Assembly: GCA_000442015.1 (NCBI GenBank)
Contig: KE560384.1
Span: forward strand, 1-64,000
Direction of reading: 5' to 3'
Length of the DNA: 64,000 nt
Source of the DNA: Rozella allomycis CSF55
Taxonomy: Eukaryota
In this document: positions 1-10,438 of the stretch, in pieces
Layout: each line of letters starts with the position of its first letter
How positions within the stretch are numbered: position 1 is the first letter of the stretch
The notes under the pieces: model-generated
Database searches by the model: none
What the model saw: only the letters and a program-made list of their open reading frames with translations
What the model was told of the DNA's origin: nothing
Translations under genes and position numbers: made by a program

Positions 1-973
1 TTATTCTGCTCTGCGATTTTTCAATTGATATTTGTTGCCATATATTCTCTAATTTATTAACTCTTTCTTTTTTCAACTTTTTTGAATATTTTATGCACAA
101 CTTTTTTGCTGCATCTTTGAACAAATCCCAATAAAAAATAACATTATCTGAATATTTACATTTAAAATGAAAAATTAAATTATGTAAATCTAACCTGAAC
201 ATTGGATCTTTTAAAATACTATTATTCAATTTCCAGTATCCTGGTCCAAATTCCTTTTCATTTTCAATATGACCAATCTTTAAGTTTAACAATAGATGAT
301 CTGATCGCGGATAATAATGAAGCTGCAAATCTTGCTGTAGATAGTCAGTAAAAGAATCGGAAACAAAAATTTTATCAATTCTACTTTTCGAATTTATCAC
401 AGAAGCATTATTGTATGTGAATCGTTTTGTTTTATCATTATTATATTGAAACACATCATTTAATTTAGTCAAATAATTCTCATAATATTTCCAATAATAA
501 AAATCTTGATTGTTGTCAGAAGTTCTATCCTGTGATGAAGATGTACAATTAAAATCTCCAGTAACTATAATATTTTCATATTCATTTATATTTGGCAGAG
601 ATTTCACAAATTGCTTAATTAGTTTTCTTTGCGGTGGACCATACAAAGTAAGTAAATAAAATTCTTTAATCTGCATATCTGACTTTATAACTTTAACTAA
701 TAGAAAATTATTCTCGCTCTTAATTACATCCATTTTAATCTTAGGGTCAAAAGATATAATTGCAACACCTCCATGATGTACAGATTGAGCAGGAGTCCAA
801 ATTGAATTTTGATAAACGTGATGAGGAAAGTCATTCACAAAATGATGATCTTGTATAGTTAAAATATCAATCTTATTTAACTCAAAAAATGAAATATATT
901 CTTTTAAAAATAGAAAATCTTTTTCAAATTTTAGACCTCGAGCATTTAAACTCGAGATATTTAAAGATGACAA
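1..973 (-). CDS. LINE ORF2, N-terminal apurinic-endonuclease-like domain (partial)
   Basis: Minus-strand translation gives SLNARGL, DILTIQDHH, VTGDFNC, SRIDKIF and RSDH, the APE/L1-EN motifs in order. Absent from the ORF track, presumably because it runs off the window. Confidence 0.9.
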   Translation of the reverse strand, partial: MSSLNISSLNARGLKFEKDFLFLKEYISFFELNKIDILTIQDHHFVNDFPHHVYQNSIWTPAQSVHHGGVAIISFDPKIKMDVIKSENNFLLVKVIKSDMQIKEFYLLTLYGPPQRKLIKQFVKSLPNINEYENIIVTGDFNCTSSSQDRTSDNNQDFYYWKYYENYLTKLNDVFQYNNDKTKRFTYNNASVINSKSRIDKIFVSDSFTDYLQQDLQLHYYPRSDHLLLNLKIGHIENEKEFGPGYWKLNNSILKDPMFRLDLHNLIFHFKCKYSDNVIFYWDLFKDAAKKLCIKYSKKLKKERVNKLENIWQQISIEKSQSRI

Positions 974-975
974 AA

Positions 976-2241
976 TTATAATGATTCGTCTGTAACCGTT
1001 TTGGCTACAGATGAATCATCAGTCAGAAATTGTAAGTTTGAATTTTTTAAAAATGTTTTAGTCGAACATGGATCAGAACACATATTATTAATAACACCTT
1101 CCATGCTATCGCTACTATTTTCCTTAATGATATCATTTTCACATATATTCTTGTTAACATTCATATTGAACGGTATTTCCAATAATTCATTAAATACAAG
1201 TCTCAATTTTTTGATTCTTCTTGTACCTAAAGTATTGTCATCACTGGGCAAATTGTTCTCAACTCTTTTAAATGAAATATTTCGCTTTGTTGACATTGAA
1301 ATATCAATTATGTTTGATTGCTTTGGTGATGCTTTAATAACTTTAGTTAAAGATATATTTTTTATTCTTTTTGTTTGAGCTATACTTTGATTTCTTCTTG
1401 AGACCGTAGTAATATCTTTCACAATATCAACATCCTGATCATCCAAGATACTAAACATATTATTATCACTAAAATTAATTGAATCCTTAATCAAATTGGA
1501 TTTCCTGTTAACCTTCCTTTTCAAATTAGAAACAAATGAATTTTGACCCTTGAATATCATAACTTCACTAGTGTTTTTTTCCATTTCCTTTGTTTCAGAT
1601 TCTGGTCTTTTTAAAATGGTTTTTTGATTTTTTTGATTTTTTTTACAATTTTTATGTTTATTAATAGGGAACAATTTCTTGCAATCACTGCATATCTCCA
1701 ACTTTGGACATTCATAAATTCGATGATTTTTTTCATGACAATATTGACAATTTATCTTATTCAAATTAACTCCTTTTGAATTAAATACGTCAATTTTATG
1801 TCCATTAATGTCAATTGATCCAGGAACAAATATTTTTGGCTGGTCAGTTCTTATTATAATCTTGACTATATCCGAGCGAACATTAATGGCATTAGAATAA
1901 ACATATAAATAAACATCATCAACATGAAAATTTGAAAACGCTTGCATAATTTGCTGATTCAAAGCTGTCATGTCATTGACTAATGGTACATTTTTAAGAT
2001 AAAGAGAAACAAATTTGAACTTTTTTTGCAAACACAAAGATGGTGTTATACAATTATTATTAACAACTAGATTATCTTCACTAGCTTTGATAGCATCCTC
2101 CAGAGAATTGAATGTGACGTAACATACAGATCTGTTTACACTTATCTGTGTAATGTTAGAGACCGTTGGCAACTTCAAAATACTGTCAACAACATTTTCT
2201 TCATATAATCTGGTCTTTGCAAACGAGTATGCAACTGAACT
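976..2241 (-). CDS. LINE ORF1 (RRM-like region plus CCHC zinc knuckle)
   Basis: CQYCHEKNHRIYEC knuckle and CYVTFNSLEDAIKA RNP-like motif; interrupted by N at 2242. Confidence 0.8.
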   Translation of the reverse strand, partial: SSVAYSFAKTRLYEENVVDSILKLPTVSNITQISVNRSVCYVTFNSLEDAIKASEDNLVVNNNCITPSLCLQKKFKFVSLYLKNVPLVNDMTALNQQIMQAFSNFHVDDVYLYVYSNAINVRSDIVKIIIRTDQPKIFVPGSIDINGHKIDVFNSKGVNLNKINCQYCHEKNHRIYECPKLEICSDCKKLFPINKHKNCKKNQKNQKTILKRPESETKEMEKNTSEVMIFKGQNSFVSNLKRKVNRKSNLIKDSINFSDNNMFSILDDQDVDIVKDITTVSRRNQSIAQTKRIKNISLTKVIKASPKQSNIIDISMSTKRNISFKRVENNLPSDDNTLGTRRIKKLRLVFNELLEIPFNMNVNKNICENDIIKENSSDSMEGVINNMCSDPCSTKTFLKNSNLQFLTDDSSVAKTVTDESL

Positions 2242-2483
2242 NAATAGAGTTCTTGCACCAATAATCGAGCACTGGTGTGGGACTCAACGATACAATATCG
2301 GTTACCAGTTACTGAAAGTCTCGAAAGGGTTACATAAGCGCAATAGTAAAGGTTTTGCACTCTTATAGTTCAAACAGATATTTACCGATGAGTTTGGCTC
2401 AACATTAAATTGATAAAACGAATATTTTCTGGCCTTATGTCGGTATGTATTATATAATATCGGTTCATTATTATTTATTTCGN

Positions 2484-2758
2484 TTGTGTAATTTTAGAGA
2501 CCGTTGGCAACTTCAAAATACCGTCAACCACATTTTCTTCATATAATCTGGTCTTTGCAAACGAGTATGCAACTGAACTTGGTTCTCGAAAGAAAAACCT
2601 TTCATCCCGAGGTTTTTTCGAAGCACTTACAATGGCATTGCAAATTTCTTGTTTTTTTAAGTGTTCAGCACTTAAAAACTGATGATAATCACCGATTTTC
2701 ACGGACAAAATGTTTTTTGGAAAAAATGACGACATTCCTCAAATGTTTTGGATTTCAA
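2484..2758 (-). mobile_element. 5' part of another copy of LINE ORF1 (N-terminus MSSFFPK...)
   Basis: 2494-2579 is nearly identical to 2156-2241 and supplies an ATG at 2735; bounded by Ns at 2483 and 2759. Confidence 0.75.
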
Positions 2759-3208
2759 NTTTTGCCACCGCCAGAGGGTCCCCTTATAGCTGCGTAACTT
2801 CCAACTTATCAACTATTTTGGCTGCATTCGTATAAAATTTTTGACCTATCCCGTAGGCCGTATGTCAAATATGATCGGCTGCCGTCCCTTTTTAAAAAAA
2901 GATTCACNTCATTGTAATCGGAGTCGTGGCCTAACATGCGTATGTTTGTTTATATTTTGATAAAGAAAAAAACTAAAATTCAATTTATATACCAATTCAA
3001 ATGATATCCGCAGAGAAGAATAGAGAACTTCTATCTAAAGATAGAGAGAATTTGGAAGTTGCAGGATCGAAATTAGTAAATAAAGATAATTTATTACGCA
3101 AATACANAGCACACCTGAATTTAAATGAAAAAGAAAAGAGTTTAATAATATAATTCGCTTTTACATTGACCCACAATATCGCGGGTCAGAATTTGTAGTG
3201 TTGTTGTN

Positions 3209-3619
3209 GAATTCCTGAAAAAGATTTTCATATTTTTCTAACAAATTATTCTCAATAAGAATAGTATCAGGCAATTTTTCACGCGTTGACACTATCAAAA
3301 AATGGTTCAATCTGTCGCTCCATGCGCTCGTAGAATCTTAATCCTCGTAAATTGGATAATAAATCGTAAGATAAAAAGAGTAAAAACTGAGGTCGATTGA
3401 GAATGGATTATCCTCCGTTCTATTTATTGATATCTCCTTAGAGTTTTATATGTGGGTCTTTTCTATAAATAGTATCCCTTTCTATAATTAGTATCAGAAT
3501 AGAGATCCGTCAGGATTAAGAGATCCTTTGAGAGTTATGACTCCTCTCTTTGATAATTATTCTAAGGAAGGTGGGATGAGAATCCCTCTATGAATTGGGA
3601 TGAGAATCCCTGGTACGAC
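3209..3619. mobile_element. Possible LTR fragment
   Basis: Ends in ...GGTACGACA (TGTCGTACC on minus), contains TATAAATAG and a direct repeat TGGGATGAGAATCCCT; no internal genes seen. Confidence 0.25.
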
Positions 3620-4744
3620 ACAATCAAGTGATTCACTACTTGGACAGTACCTACTTATTATTCAAACTTTGTGCGTTTTGATTTCGTTTAGCCTTCCGCC
3701 CGCAGTAGCGATATCATTCAACATATCCTTCCATGTATCTCTATCCCATAAACAGTATTGGCTAAACGGAATAAGTTCTTTGTCGTCATCTTTGATCCTT
3801 GNCTAAATTTTTTTTACTAATTAAAAAAAGAAAATTTTAACCTTATCATCAACCAATTCTCTAGAAAATTTATGCTGGAAGAATGATAACAAATCTATTT
3901 ATATCAAAATTTGATAAAGACATATCTTCTCCATGCTCNAAAATTTAAGAAAAAAACTAAAATTGATGACAATATTATATTTCTATTATATCCTGAAAGA
4001 TTTTGAATAATCCTTGGAATATTTGGAAATTTAATACTAAAGTTAGAAAATGGTTCTCAGTGATCCCTTTGAGTTGAAGATCTGTTTAACGAGACAACAG
4101 CGTGCTGGTTTCCTTCAATGTCTCCAAGTAGGCTTAGAATATGGCTTGAGCCAGTTAATGTCGCGACAAGTCCCAACATTAGGTCTTGGAGGAACAAGTG
4201 GAATAAGACTGGACATTATTAGTGAAACACCAGACAAAGTACTATTGAAAGCCGACATGCCCGGAATNGCAAAAGAAAGGTTGGTCGAAAAATCAAATAG
4301 GTTTTTTATGCTAACCAATGACTTAACATATGAAATTTTTTTGAAAGTTATAGCTGTATTTTTTGAAGTAATACAGTTATCGTAAAAGATGGATTTTGGC
4401 TTAGAAGAAGCTAAAATCATTTTTCCGAATCTTTTCGACGGTCTAATTTTGATCACAATATATCAAGAAATTGTGCAAGCTGTTCTCTGAATGTACCTTG
4501 TGTCGCACCTAGCCCATGGGGGGACACCTGTAGTAAGGTCGGATATCAAACTCCAGNCATTTGTCTGTGGAATCGACAAATGTAATTTCAAGTCGCGTTT
4601 TTATGCTAATTAATGACTTGACTTGACATCCCATGCGATTTTTTTGAAAGTTATAGCTGTATTTTTTGAAGTAATACAGTTATCGTANTCTTACTTTGTA
4701 AATAGTATATTCTATTTCTGTATATCTGTAAACATGAAAAATAT

Positions 4745-7573
4745 TTATGATTTATTTAGGTTGGAATAAACTTCTTGAATAGATGAAATTAAATGGAGAT
4801 ATTCTCTCTTTCTGGGATTTTCTTTTGAGCAAACAATGTCATTGTAAATCAAATTGATCATGTTGGTAAAATCACCCAAGCTGAAATATTTGCAATTAGA
4901 CTTTGTGAAAGCTATTATTTCTTCTGGAAACAATGAGAATAACGAATAAAAAGATTTAGCTTTTTCAATCTGAGAAACAGGGCAATGAATAAATCGATTA
5001 AGGGAATGCGTTAAAGCGTTTAAATTTTTCATCATTTTTTCTACGCCATAAAAATTCATTCTTTTGATGCAAACAATGTTGTTGATAAAAATTGTTGCAA
5101 TTAACGAATCGAGATCGGTATGAATGAATCTATAATTAAAACCTCGACTACTTACTTTATTTCGTCATTTTCAAGACAAGAATAAATTGATTCCTGAAAA
5201 TTTTCAACGGATTTTATTAAATGTTTAATGTTTATGTCAGGTTCCGAAGCAGGCTCGTCAAGATGATAACTCCCTTGCTTAAATGATAAATCACAAAAAT
5301 ATAGAATGTGACATTTCAATTCAAATTTTAAAGTGCATAAATATTTTGATGAAATGTTTTCAGTCCTTTTGATGGATTCCTGCAAATTTCTATATCAAGT
5401 TTAGGACATTTCTTACTCTGAAATTGGAAGTTTTAAATTTATTGAATCTTCGCTATTTATTGGATCTAAAAACGTCGGCGAAGCCAAAGTTAAACATTTC
5501 TGAAATTGATTCGCGATCCAATTTAGATTTTTGTATAAATGTGCAATGAATTTTAGTTTATTGTAATCTGTCAATATTTCACTTTTATGAAGAGTTCTAT
5601 TTCCTTTATTCTGAAACAAAAATTGATTTTCGTCATCTTGATTATTATAAAGGCTGGCTAAATTCCCGCTAAAGACAATGAAGACCTCATTTCCATCTTC
5701 AGTGTTAACAGTCAAATCATGAGATACAATGCCTTTAAACATCAATTGAATAAAATTTTGGTACTTTTGTATTTATCAATAAAAGATTCAACAAGATTCT
5801 CAATCGCATTACAAATCAATGCTGTGGCAGAGTCTTTCAGAACGTCTACTTGACATATGAGACCATTCAAGCGATGTATTATTTTCAAAAACGGTAAAAT
5901 ACACTAGAAAACGCATTAAAATGAAAATACGTTGAAAAATGGCGGAGAATCAACTTTAACGAGAAATGCATCAGACCCTTGTAAAATTGCATTCAATTCA
6001 TGATTCATTGATTCTGTCAAAAATGGGCAATATGAATCCAAAACAATTTCATCTAAAAATGTTTCTAATTTATTAAAATCGTCCCCATCATCCTCGCTTT
6101 GAATTAGATGTGATGAGTCTGCTTACATTACAATAATCATGTGGATTGAGAGAATAAACTTTTTGATGAGTGAATAAACAATTGGAATATTATTGAATTT
6201 AGCAATAATTCTGTTTTCTAATTTATTTACGTTTGATTTTCTATCAAAATCAATTTGTTTAATAGAAAAGAAAGTCTTTAACAATTATTATAAAGTTTTA
6301 CTTTTTTGGTCCTACATGAATTGCCTTTGATAATCTTTTCTTCTAAACGATTGAAAACATTCGTAGAATCATCAACCACCTCACAATCTTTTTGTGCTAA
6401 AAATAACCCCAAAAAATATATTATCAATTAAAATTAAATTGCATCATTTACTTGATCTTGTATATTGATCCAAACATATGATATGGTCGTCATTGGATTG
6501 TCTACCTTGCATCCAATAAATTCAACAACGATTTTCAGATTTTGAATGATCATCTGAAACTTTGTAAACACAGAAGTAAAGAAATTGAACAAGTTTGAAG
6601 TACTTTCATCTCCCTCACTTTGTAAATTTCCCACTTTATTGAACCCCTTTGAAATCATCGATTCCGTAAAGTTCTTCAAGGTAACATTAAAGAAATCGTT
6701 CATTTTCTATTTATTATACAAATTTATAATACTCGATCAAGATCATTACTCTTATCCAAGATGCTGAAACATTCAAGCAAACATAACAAATATCCTCTAC
6801 ATTTCTCATCTACATTTCTTTATTAATCTCTCTTATAAAATACCCGTCGCATTCTGGTATCTTTTCTCCTAGAACGCTCATGTTTAATTCTGTGGTTAAT
6901 TCTTCAAAAATTGTCTTTGTTTAAGTATCACTTTTATTACATATCCCAGACTGTTCATATTATCCTTTAATGTTTTTAAAATATCCAGTGTTTTATATTC
7001 TTCGTCATTCAATTCTTTTATTCCTTTTTGATACAAGTTAACGGCCACCAGAAAGTCCCTCTTACTTAATTCATTCCTTATTCGATCAGGGAATTTATTT
7101 AATCGTTCTCTATCTCAACCATCACACAAACTTACATTTTCTCTAATATTGAAAGAATTTGATTGTTTTGTAATGATTTTTGCCACATTGAATACAAATT
7201 CTCATATGAATTTCGAGTCAAACATATTTTTCCCTGATTTAATTGAAGCCTTACTCGGTCTAAATTGCTCAAACATTCATTCATTCTGTCAATAACAACC
7301 TATCACGATTAGGATTAATTCGTACAGAATATGACTGGATAGAATTGTGAAATCCAAAATGATACTCATTAACAATAATATCCATAACATCCTCCATTCT
7401 CTCATACATCTCTTGGATCTCCCTAGCTCTGGATTGTTGAGGATTCAATAACATATCAATAGCTAAAGGTATAGGGTTATACTCTTTATGAAAAATAAAA
7501 GTCTTACATTATCTGCCAGCAACGGCTTAAAGTTCTTTTCCACCAAAGAAAACACTTGGTCCACAAAGTCCAT
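4745..7573 (-). CDS. SEC8: Exocyst subunit Sec8/EXOC4 (multi-exon)
   Basis: Spliced motifs YNPIPLA, IVNEYHFGFHNSIQSYS, ILEKIERLNKFPDRI, VWINIQDQ and C-terminal KRMNFYGVEKMMKNLNAL resemble Sec8; about 12 introns of 26-32 nt. Confidence 0.8.
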
Positions 7574-7648
7574 TTACTGAAAATTCATAATAAAGACAAT
7601 GAGAATATATGTTAACAACTTTGCATTAATTATTTATTAAAAATTTTA

Positions 7649-8392
7649 TTAATATCTGCGTCTGTCTCTAGACCTTGACCTTCTTCTACTCTCAGTCCTT
7701 TTAGAATCACGAGGAGAAACTGAACGCCTCCTATCCCTCCTTGAATCCTTGAAAACTGTATCCTCAGCCTTTTCGTCACTCTTTTTCTTTGTTTTGTCAC
7801 TTTTCTCCCGTTTTCGAGACTTTTTAGGTATTAAGTCTTCTTCTTTAATCAATGCATAGCCTTGGTCCCCTTTAGCAGAGAAGCACTCATTAGACAAATG
7901 ACCCTCTCCTCCACATCTCTGACATTTGGTATTATAAATCGCATCTGCTTTTGACGCTTGATCTTTGGAGTCTGATATTTTAGGTTTTTGTCGTCGTCTC
8001 TCTAATTCTAGTCCAACGTTGTTTGGATCCAAATCAGTACCATCCCCTTTTTTCTTTGCTTCTTATATATTTTACCCTGCTGTATATGTTTTATTGACAA
8101 AGAAACCCTCTTTCCTTCTATCTTGTATATAGATTTTGAGTAGTTATTACGCTTATGATTTTACAAAACATTGTATCGCCAAGAGATAAAACATCCTCCA
8201 CTTTTTCAATTTTATATCTCGATATTTGTGATAGCGGCAAGATGCCTGGAATATTCGAACAAATTTTCCTACCTTTAATTTTAAATCCGAGGATTTCAAC
8301 TAACGCACAATTGTCTTGAATGTCAACCACCTTTAATTAAGTTGTTACTTCATTACTTTTCCCCTATATACTCTGTAAAGCTTTAACGACAT
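7649..8392 (-). CDS. ZCCHC17: S1-domain/CCHC nucleolar protein pNO40 (ZCCHC17-like)
   Basis: S1 domain, DLDPNNV motif, CQRCGGEGHLSNEC knuckle, K/R/S-rich tail; 4 short introns. Confidence 0.85.
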
Positions 8393-8550
8393 CAGAATGT
8401 GGCTGAACTGTTTACCTCTCAAACTACAAAAGGAGAAATCATCCTGATTGTTGGCTAAGAAAATTGGTGGTAGTAAGTTTTAAAGTTTCTCCCTTGATTA
8501 TGGAGTTCAACCGTGGCTAGGTCAAATATCACATTCATATTGCAACTCAA

Positions 8551-9193
8551 ATGTGCCTCACATCGCCTTGTAAAACTCTCTTTGAGTGGTTAAAGGCACT
8601 GATTTGTAAGAGAGAGATTGAAGTCACTATCCTTGGACTTCAAAATTCCGGAAAGACATCTTTTGTAAATAGCATGGCAGTAAGTCATAGTGTATCATTT
8701 CATACAAAGAATGAAGAATTTCAGGAGATCAGTGTTCCAACAGTAGGATTCAATGTAAGAAAGATCAAAAAGGGATATATTATATTGAGAATTTGTGACG
8801 TCGGTGGTCACCAAAGATTTAGGCCCTTGTGGGAGAGATACTGCCGAAATGCACAGGCTATAGCATTTGTTATAGACTTATCAGATAATCGCTCTTTATT
8901 GTTAGCAAAAGTTGAGTTTCAAAATCTTCTGGAAAACGTAAACCCTGATGTTCCCATTTTAATTTTGGCGAACAAATGCGACCTTGCAAATTCTACAGAA
9001 GTAGATGAAGTTAAAAATATGTTGTAAACACTGTATAAAATGCATACGTAGTGTGTGCTTAGGAACACAACATGCGCGACTGGACTTTATTTTAATATCA
9101 TGCAAAACTTTCTACAATGTTAATTTGGCCGCTAATTGGCTATCAAAAAACTACAAAAATATTAAAATCGATAAATTAAACGTTAAAGTTTAA
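8551..9193 (+). CDS. ARL8: ARL8-like small GTPase (divergent)
   Basis: GLQNSGKT, PTVGFNVRKIKKG, RFRPLWERYCR and NKCD motifs; introns at 8680-8709 and about 9024-9051. Confidence 0.85.
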
Positions 9194-10215
9194 TAATAGT
9201 TATTTCCTTCGACAAGGTGCAAAATATTTGAAACTCGTGCGTCAAAGACTTGAACTTTATCATCTTTTTCATTATTGGTAGTTCTTTTAGTCATTGAATT
9301 CCATTCATGAGTTTTATAGTGTTGTTTAAGGTTGTCTAGCCTTGCGAACATTTTTCCACATCCAGCCATGGAACATTGAAAGAATCGTTCACCCGTGTGA
9401 GTCAAAAAATGTCGTTTCAGATGTTCGTATCTTTTAAATGCCTTTCTACAATTTTCTTGCATGCATACAAACTTGCGGTCGCTTTTTTCATCCACATAGT
9501 GTGGAATGTTCTTAGGTGCGTTAAATTTAGCATTAGTAGATGTAATTTGCCCTGGTTTCAAAAAAAATAAGTTTTCATCCAAAGGCCCCTGAAAAGCTTC
9601 TTGGCTTTCTGGTTTTGTATGCGCTTGAGGGCCTATAAGCTGATCAAGTTTGAATTCAGAACTAGATTGGAAAATTTCACCATATGCTATCGATTCTCTA
9701 CGCTTTCCGAATGATTCCAAATTTTCATTAACATTGGCCGAAGGAAAAGAGCTGAGGTCAATAGAATGCGACCTTCCAGACCGGTAGTCAGTATAATAAT
9801 TGATGACTCTCTCGCTTCGATGTATTGCATCATTAACCAGTTTTTCAAAATTGACGCTGTTCCAAATGAAAACTTTTTGCTTCTTTTGAGTGCGAACGCA
9901 CCCTTCCTTATACAGGTACATTAGGAATGGCGACTTGGCTTCTTCCAACGTAGCATGAACACCAGGTTTAAGGGACCTTAAGTCGCTGAAAATACCTTCT
10001 TCAAATTTTTTTAGTGAATTTATTGGCCTGTTTGTTGCTTCCATGTATTGAAAACAGACTACCTTAACAATGTCAGCACCACTAATGAAATGCATCCCAT
10101 TCCAGAGTACACATGATATCGTTTCATCATTTGGAAGAGTGAATTTTCTTACAAGTTCTTCCCCGCTCCATTGGTCCGTTGCACATTGTAAAAAATGAGA
10201 CAGACTTGAGAACAT
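9190..10215 (-). CDS. STE12: Ste12/SteA-type transcription factor (STE domain plus two C2H2 fingers); may extend to ATG at 10291
   Basis: KKFEEGIFSDLRSLK and CVRTQKKQKVF STE motifs; two C-terminal C2H2 fingers with HTGER linker. Confidence 0.92.
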   Translation of the reverse strand: MFSSLSHFLQCATDQWSGEELVRKFTLPNDETISCVLWNGMHFISGADIVKVVCFQYMEATNRPINSLKKFEEGIFSDLRSLKPGVHATLEEAKSPFLMYLYKEGCVRTQKKQKVFIWNSVNFEKLVNDAIHRSERVINYYTDYRSGRSHSIDLSSFPSANVNENLESFGKRRESIAYGEIFQSSSEFKLDQLIGPQAHTKPESQEAFQGPLDENLFFLKPGQITSTNAKFNAPKNIPHYVDEKSDRKFVCMQENCRKAFKRYEHLKRHFLTHTGERFFQCSMAGCGKMFARLDNLKQHYKTHEWNSMTKRTTNNEKDDKVQVFDARVSNILHLVEGNNYY

Positions 10216-10438
10216 CGTTATTATATAAGTGGGAATAACCAACCAGATCTTTATATGTCCCTAAATTTGGCTCGTCGGTTCTGTTCAGCATGGCGTAGTA
10301 TCCAATCAAGAGTACTTGTGCCTAATAATAGAATTTTTTTGGAAACTAAAAAACGATTTATTTATTTGATTTATGCAAAGCGAAGAAGGATCATAGCCGC
10401 TGTAAAAAAAGAAATAATAGCATTTGTTTACGACTTTC

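Larger units (their letters stand above)
1..2241 (-). mobile_element. Non-LTR retrotransposon (L1/Tx1-like LINE): ORF1 plus start of ORF2; runs off window start
   Basis: Gag-like ORF1 with CCHC knuckle is immediately followed by an APE endonuclease ORF on the same strand. Confidence 0.85.
2242..4688. repeat. Mosaic of short repeat fragments separated by 11 single-N joins
   Basis: Ns at 2242, 2483, 2759, 2908, 3107, 3208, 3802, 3939, 4268, 4557, 4688; near-duplicate segments at about 4301-4384 and 4598-4687. Confidence 0.7.

Noticed and set aside
2156-2579. 86-nt direct repeat that could be a target-site duplication or internal repeat
   Set aside because: Both copies are LINE ORF1 sequence next to N joins; best explained as overlapping contig ends from different copies.
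4501-4556. G-run followed by TGTAGT, resembling a PPT plus LTR start
   Set aside because: Too short, truncated by an N, and no associated pol sequence.
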